64,000 nt of DNA. Source: a virus (taxonomy: Duplodnaviria > Caudoviricetes). A program made the translations under genes and the position numbers. The stretch spans positions 55,422-119,421 of the IMG/VR virus record IMGVR_UViG_2845860650_000005, one strand, 5' to 3'. The notes under the pieces are model-generated. The model saw only the letters and a list, made by a program, of their open reading frames with translations. It was not told where the DNA came from and did no database searches. This document shows, one piece after another, positions 59,485-64,000 of this stretch (its first letter is position 1; every line of letters starts with the position of its first letter).

Positions 59485-60855
59485 ATGCAGTCCAACAAAA
59501 TCATTGGTCGTAAAGTGGCGATTAGATTTGATGCCGGAACAGCAACTAAAAAACATGAATTTACGCCGGAAGGATATCTCCGCGCCGAAGCAACTTTTGC
59601 TAGAGACGGTGTTTTGCAATATCTTACCTCCGACGGTAAAATTCGCCGGGAACTAAGGACTCCTGAGGCAAATAAGCAAGCTTTAACAAGTTTTGGGCTA
59701 AAACCCATTTCTTTCGAGCATCCCCGTGAGTTAATCAATTCTGAAAACGCCAAACAATATTCTGTTGGATTAAGTGATTCCACAGTTGTTTATGAAGATG
59801 GTTTTGTAAAGGGGGTAATTACAGTCCTTGATAGCGAAGCTGTAAAAAGCATTAAGGATAAAGAAACTGTACAAATTTCGGCTGGATATAAATGCAATAT
59901 CATTCCTAAGCCTGGAGTTTGGAAAGGGCAGCATTATGATGCCATCCAAACAGATTTAGAAATTAATCATATTGCAATTACTAAAAAAGGTAGAGCAGGT
60001 GAGGAAGTTGCAATTCATTTGGATAGCAACTTACAAAATGAAGATGTCGCTTTTGAAATTCAACAATCTAAAAAAGCTATGGCTAGAGTAACTATTGATA
60101 GTGTTAGTTATGATGAAATTCCAGAAATTTTTGCTTCTGTAGTGGGAACAAAAATTAGTGAATATGAAAAAACAAAATTAAAACTTGATGGTATTGAAGC
60201 TGAAATTATTACTTTAAGAAATCAATTAAAAGAAGCAGAAGAAGAACGCGATCGCGCTTTAGGTCGTGCCGATGGATATGAGGAAATTGTCAATTCTGCA
60301 ATTCCCATACTTGAAGAAAACGGATATAGCTGGAATTCCGATTCAGCAGAATTCATAACTGATTCCAAAAAGGCTAAAAAACCCATGCCGGAAGCAGAAT
60401 GGAACGAAGGTGAACCTGAAGATGAGGATGAAGACGAACCTGAAGATGAAGAGGAAGCGATGCCTTCCTCTAAACGTAAAACTAAAAAAACTGATTCGGT
60501 TGCTCAAATTGTTTCTACTCTTAGAAAAGCTGAGTTATTGTTAGGCGATAGTTTTGATGATTCAAAGTTTGATTCTGACGATTTAGACGCAGATTCAATT
60601 AGACGCTCTACTTTACAAGAGCTATTACCTGACCAAGATTTAAGTGGCTATCATCCTGGATGGATTGAGGGACTTTTTGATGCTATGCATTTACAGAGTT
60701 TTTCAGATGAGGAAGAAGAACCACACGTAGATAGCACGCTTCAAGACATGATTAAAATTGCAAGAATTCCAAATTCAACAACTGCAATTAGTCAAAATGA
60801 ACGCTCTCAATCGTTAGCTAATGCTTGGCAAGAACCTTTGTCTTTGAGTAGGTAA
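59485..60855 (+). CDS. DUF2213 head maturation protease/scaffold
   Basis: TPEGYL, R.GV..Y, EHP, QISAGY, INHIAI...GRAG; acidic C-terminus. Confidence 0.9.
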   Translation: MQSNKIIGRKVAIRFDAGTATKKHEFTPEGYLRAEATFARDGVLQYLTSDGKIRRELRTPEANKQALTSFGLKPISFEHPRELINSENAKQYSVGLSDSTVVYEDGFVKGVITVLDSEAVKSIKDKETVQISAGYKCNIIPKPGVWKGQHYDAIQTDLEINHIAITKKGRAGEEVAIHLDSNLQNEDVAFEIQQSKKAMARVTIDSVSYDEIPEIFASVVGTKISEYEKTKLKLDGIEAEIITLRNQLKEAEEERDRALGRADGYEEIVNSAIPILEENGYSWNSDSAEFITDSKKAKKPMPEAEWNEGEPEDEDEDEPEDEEEAMPSSKRKTKKTDSVAQIVSTLRKAELLLGDSFDDSKFDSDDLDADSIRRSTLQELLPDQDLSGYHPGWIEGLFDAMHLQSFSDEEEEPHVDSTLQDMIKIARIPNSTTAISQNERSQSLANAWQEPLSLSR

Positions 60856-60908
60856 GGGGGTAATTCGTAATTCGTAATTCGTAATTCGTAATTATTTAGG
60901 AGTAAAAA

Positions 60909-61775
60909 GTGACATTTTCATCTAATACACCTATTACTGGGCAAACTAACTTTGACCGCTACATGCCCCCGGCGCTACCGGGGATGTTGTCGGGGTTTGG
61001 TAGCTGCACTATCTTGCCACACATCAATAGCGTGGCAGCTTTCGATACAGTGACGATTACACCTCCTGCTACTGTAGATAACTCGAAAGAGTACAAGGTC
61101 ATTGTTAATGGTAGAACCGTTAGCTTCACCACTGACGCCAACGCGACAACTGCGGAATTAGGGGCCGGATTATATGCAGCAATCCAGCAAGACCCAGTTG
61201 TATATGGATTAGTCGATGTTGCCTTAAATACTGGCACTTCTGTTATTACTTTGACTGCCCGGACTGTAGACCTTCCTCTTACTGTTGCGACCAACAGTGC
61301 CGATACAACCAACGACATTGCGATCGCTAAAACAGTCAGCACTTCAAGCAACGCAATCATTCCCTTTGGTAGGTTTGTCGGGCGTAAATCAACTTATACC
61401 CGCGACACCTTAGAAGGGGTAAGCCAAGCCACCTTGATTGACGCTACCTCTGGATACGAAGTTTTAGGTGTCACTCTTTCATCCCAAGCTACCCAAAAAG
61501 TCGGGCGATTTTCTGCTGCTAAAGATGGCTACGCTTTTGACACAGTGATGAATGTTTTAAAAAACATTGGCACTTATAAAGGCGTTTGGGTGGAATCAGT
61601 TGATGCTGATTTAGCAATTGGGGATACACCGTATATTGCAGTCGCATCTGGTAATGAAGGCAAAATTACCAAAACTTCTAGTGGAAATTTAGCAGCTGGT
61701 AGCAATATCAAAATTATCTCTGCGGCTCAACAATCCTTTGGTAAAAATATCGCCTTAATCGAAATTAAACTTTAA
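60909..61775 (+). CDS. capsid decoration/cement protein
   Basis: A.PG, IPFGR.V, G.VWV; between protease and MCP; GTG start with AGGAG RBS. Confidence 0.7.
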   Translation: MTFSSNTPITGQTNFDRYMPPALPGMLSGFGSCTILPHINSVAAFDTVTITPPATVDNSKEYKVIVNGRTVSFTTDANATTAELGAGLYAAIQQDPVVYGLVDVALNTGTSVITLTARTVDLPLTVATNSADTTNDIAIAKTVSTSSNAIIPFGRFVGRKSTYTRDTLEGVSQATLIDATSGYEVLGVTLSSQATQKVGRFSAAKDGYAFDTVMNVLKNIGTYKGVWVESVDADLAIGDTPYIAVASGNEGKITKTSSGNLAAGSNIKIISAAQQSFGKNIALIEIKL

Positions 61776-61792
61776 TTTAGGAATTAAAATAA

Positions 61793-62719
61793 ATGCCTAT
61801 TTCATCGCAAATTCGCTTGGATGCCCCCACGGTCGGGGCATTTGAGCAACAACTGGAACTTAAAGAAACAGAAGTAATGAAGCGGATGCTGCCGGAATAT
61901 AAGGCAGCTTCAGGAAAGTTATTTCAAATAGAAGAAATTAATGCACCTTGGGCACAAACTACTAGTTTTACTAGCATTGATGGTGTTGGTACTTTTGAAT
62001 TAGATACTGGAGACACTACTAATCTACCTTATGTAGATATGGTGGGCGACGAGTACTATCAACGCACATTTAGATATCGTTCTGGTTACTATTTTGATGA
62101 AGATGAAATAGCAGCGACGCTTCATCGTGGCATACCAATTGAGGATCAAAAAGTCAGTCTTGTTCAACAGGCCTACACTGAAACCATGAACAAGTTGTTA
62201 CTGGTTGGTGATAAAAAAACTGGTAATCCAGGTTTCATTAATCATCCAGCTTGGTTGCGTTCCATTGCACCTTACAAATTAGATGGCAGTGTTACCTCTG
62301 CAAACTCCATATTGGCTACCCTAAATGCTGGCGTCCAGGGCATGAAAAACGCCACCAATAAGGTGATGGCTCCCGACACCTTACTCCTAGCCGAGCGCCG
62401 CTACGACTTTTTAATGTCCCAGCTACGCCTCAACGACTTCCAAGAAAAAAGTGTACTGAAGTTTTTCTTAGAGAATAATCCCAGCATCAAGAACATCGAA
62501 CCTCTAGCAGAACTCGAACAAGCAGGCCCCAACGGTGAAGATTTAGCCATCTTCTACAAACGCGACCCCAACTGCTTCAAAGCCAGAATCACTGACGCTT
62601 TCCGTCCCCGCCCACTACAAAACGTCGGCCCGTTTAAGGTTTATCGCGCTTACTCTTTCAAGTTTGCAGGATTAGTTGTTTATCGTCGTTACAGCTGTCA
62701 CGTAATGATTGGAATATAG
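61793..62719 (+). CDS. major capsid protein (DUF2184 family)
   Basis: GD...G..G.INHP, PDTLLL, FF.ENNP, G.VVYR; gene order. Confidence 0.88.
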   Translation: MPISSQIRLDAPTVGAFEQQLELKETEVMKRMLPEYKAASGKLFQIEEINAPWAQTTSFTSIDGVGTFELDTGDTTNLPYVDMVGDEYYQRTFRYRSGYYFDEDEIAATLHRGIPIEDQKVSLVQQAYTETMNKLLLVGDKKTGNPGFINHPAWLRSIAPYKLDGSVTSANSILATLNAGVQGMKNATNKVMAPDTLLLAERRYDFLMSQLRLNDFQEKSVLKFFLENNPSIKNIEPLAELEQAGPNGEDLAIFYKRDPNCFKARITDAFRPRPLQNVGPFKVYRAYSFKFAGLVVYRRYSCHVMIGI

Positions 62720-62832
62720 TTAATTCGTAATTCGTAAGTCGTAATTCGTAATTGCAATACCCGATGCCCGATACCGAATAACCAATAACCAATGACCAAT
62801 GACCAATGACCAATGACCAATACCTAATACCC

Positions 62833-63324
62833 ATGTCTTATACCTCCGTTATTTACAGTCCCGAATTTGAAAAAGCCACTGGTCTACCTTTCGGTGTGAA
62901 AGGCGATCGCATTTTCTACTATCAAATTGAGCGTCCCAAACCTTTAAAAGGGGAAAAGGAAAGGGTAGAACTAGAGTCGATTACTCTAAGAAAAGGTACA
63001 AATTTCATTGATACCGATGCTTGGGAAGCGGTCAGTAAGCATCCATCTAACGAGGATGAATTAGCTAGGCTGATTAAAATAAGAGCAATTACTATCTACA
63101 CCCCAGACGACCCCGAACTGTGTGGCAAGGATACTACTGATTTTGCTGATGAAACAATCGTCCAAGAATTGGTTGAAAATAGCAAGGACTTAGAATGGTT
63201 GGGTCTTTGTTTGAACGTAGACCGTCGTTTGAATGTGCGGAAATTAATCAGCGATCGCATTAGGGAACTCAAAGAAGAAATCTCTGCCCAACGGCAACGA
63301 GTTGCAGCAAGCTCATTTTCGTAA
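62833..63324 (+). CDS. hypothetical head-associated protein
   Basis: between MCP and adaptor. Confidence 0.7.
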   Translation: MSYTSVIYSPEFEKATGLPFGVKGDRIFYYQIERPKPLKGEKERVELESITLRKGTNFIDTDAWEAVSKHPSNEDELARLIKIRAITIYTPDDPELCGKDTTDFADETIVQELVENSKDLEWLGLCLNVDRRLNVRKLISDRIRELKEEISAQRQRVAASSFS

Positions 63325-63341
63325 TTCGTAATTCGTAATTT

Positions 63342-63740
63342 ATGAGTGTAGTAAGCGCTGATGATTTTTTGGCTAAAGGATTTCACAGGTTCGCTACTAT
63401 CGACCCTGCTAACATCCAAATTTGGTTAGATACTGCCACCCTATCTTACGTCCCGGCATCGTTTTGGGGTGTGCATCGAATCACGGGTATTATGCTGTGT
63501 GCAGCGCATTTTTTGGAAATGGAATGGTTTCAAACTGCTGAAACTGCTGGGTCTGCTACCGCGATCGCAGCAGGAAATGGCGGACGTTCTCCATCTGCTC
63601 AACAAGACGACTTCCAATTAACCACATGGGGTAGGAGATTCACTTTTTTACGCAAAGGTCTACTCGATGGCACTATCTCACCACTTGCCGATAAATCTTT
63701 CAATGGCACTCCCAAATTTGGTATTGGGTTTCCTTTATGA
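63342..63740 (+). CDS. DUF4054-family head-tail adaptor
   Basis: F..F, W, L.AAH, T.WG.RF..L. Confidence 0.8.
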   Translation: MSVVSADDFLAKGFHRFATIDPANIQIWLDTATLSYVPASFWGVHRITGIMLCAAHFLEMEWFQTAETAGSATAIAAGNGGRSPSAQQDDFQLTTWGRRFTFLRKGLLDGTISPLADKSFNGTPKFGIGFPL

Positions 63741-64000
63741 GCGACTTTATCTCCCAAATGATTGGGTTGCGCGACTCGCTCCCAGTAGTAGCGACAGCTT
63801 TTGGTATCAGCAGCCTCAAAAGATTTTACATCCATCGACGAGAAAATAATGGATTGGTAGTTGAAGAAGTTATCCCAACTCCAGTTATTGAGGAAATCAC
63901 ATTAGAACTGAAAAATGTTGAGGATTTAAACAGTCTAAAAGGTGCATCTAAAGTATTTGAAGTAAAAGGAGTCAGTAAAACATATCAACGCATTGAATTA
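63737..64000 (+). CDS. head-tail joining region protein (partial)
   Basis: ATGA overlap; open to window end. Confidence 0.6.
   Translation, partial: MSDFISQMIGLRDSLPVVATAFGISSLKRFYIHRRENNGLVVEEVIPTPVIEEITLELKNVEDLNSLKGASKVFEVKGVSKTYQRIEL

Larger units (their letters stand above)
60861..63341. repeat. STRR tracts at head-operon junctions (AATTCGT at 60861-60893, 62721-62753, 63318-63341; ACCAATG at 62781-62822)
   Basis: tandem heptamers. Confidence 0.85.
1..64000. mobile_element. Temperate cyanophage (prophage or phage-plasmid) segment, both ends outside the window
   Basis: TerL, DUF2213/DUF2184 head genes, O-like initiator, RusA, XRE regulators, dense small ORFs; no host housekeeping operons; HIP1-rich. 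Confidence 0.92.

Overview
A 64-kb segment of a large temperate phage (prophage or phage-plasmid) of a filamentous cyanobacterium, probably Nostocales: HIP1 GCGATCGC octamers are dense, and STRR heptamer repeats and SDR/MITE-type insertions are present. Left to right: a leftward early operon (DarB-like N6-MTase, DndB/DGQHR protein, Dnd-associated MTase, glycosylase-like protein) behind a long hairpin-rich leader; RusA; a membrane-anchored nuclease-FtsK-small-TM-protein operon containing an STRR-bounded four-helix-bundle cassette; thyX; a DEDDh exonuclease; a TerS candidate; a small tyrosine recombinase with a loxP/dif-like site; a TerL with a 21-nt stop-containing insert in its Walker A motif; a GIY-YIG nuclease; an orphan type V-K CAST left end with a tRNA-homing crRNA; XRE regulators; Dam; a lambda-O-like initiator with iterons; a ~1044-aa fusion of TGT/DpdA-like, Mom-like and C5-MTase domains; and the start of a DUF2213/DUF2184 head operon. 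A dispersed 11-mer (TTCTTAGAGAA, at least 12 exact copies) is strongly over-represented. Several lesions suggest partial decay. Family calls rest on motif recognition by eye; no searches were run.
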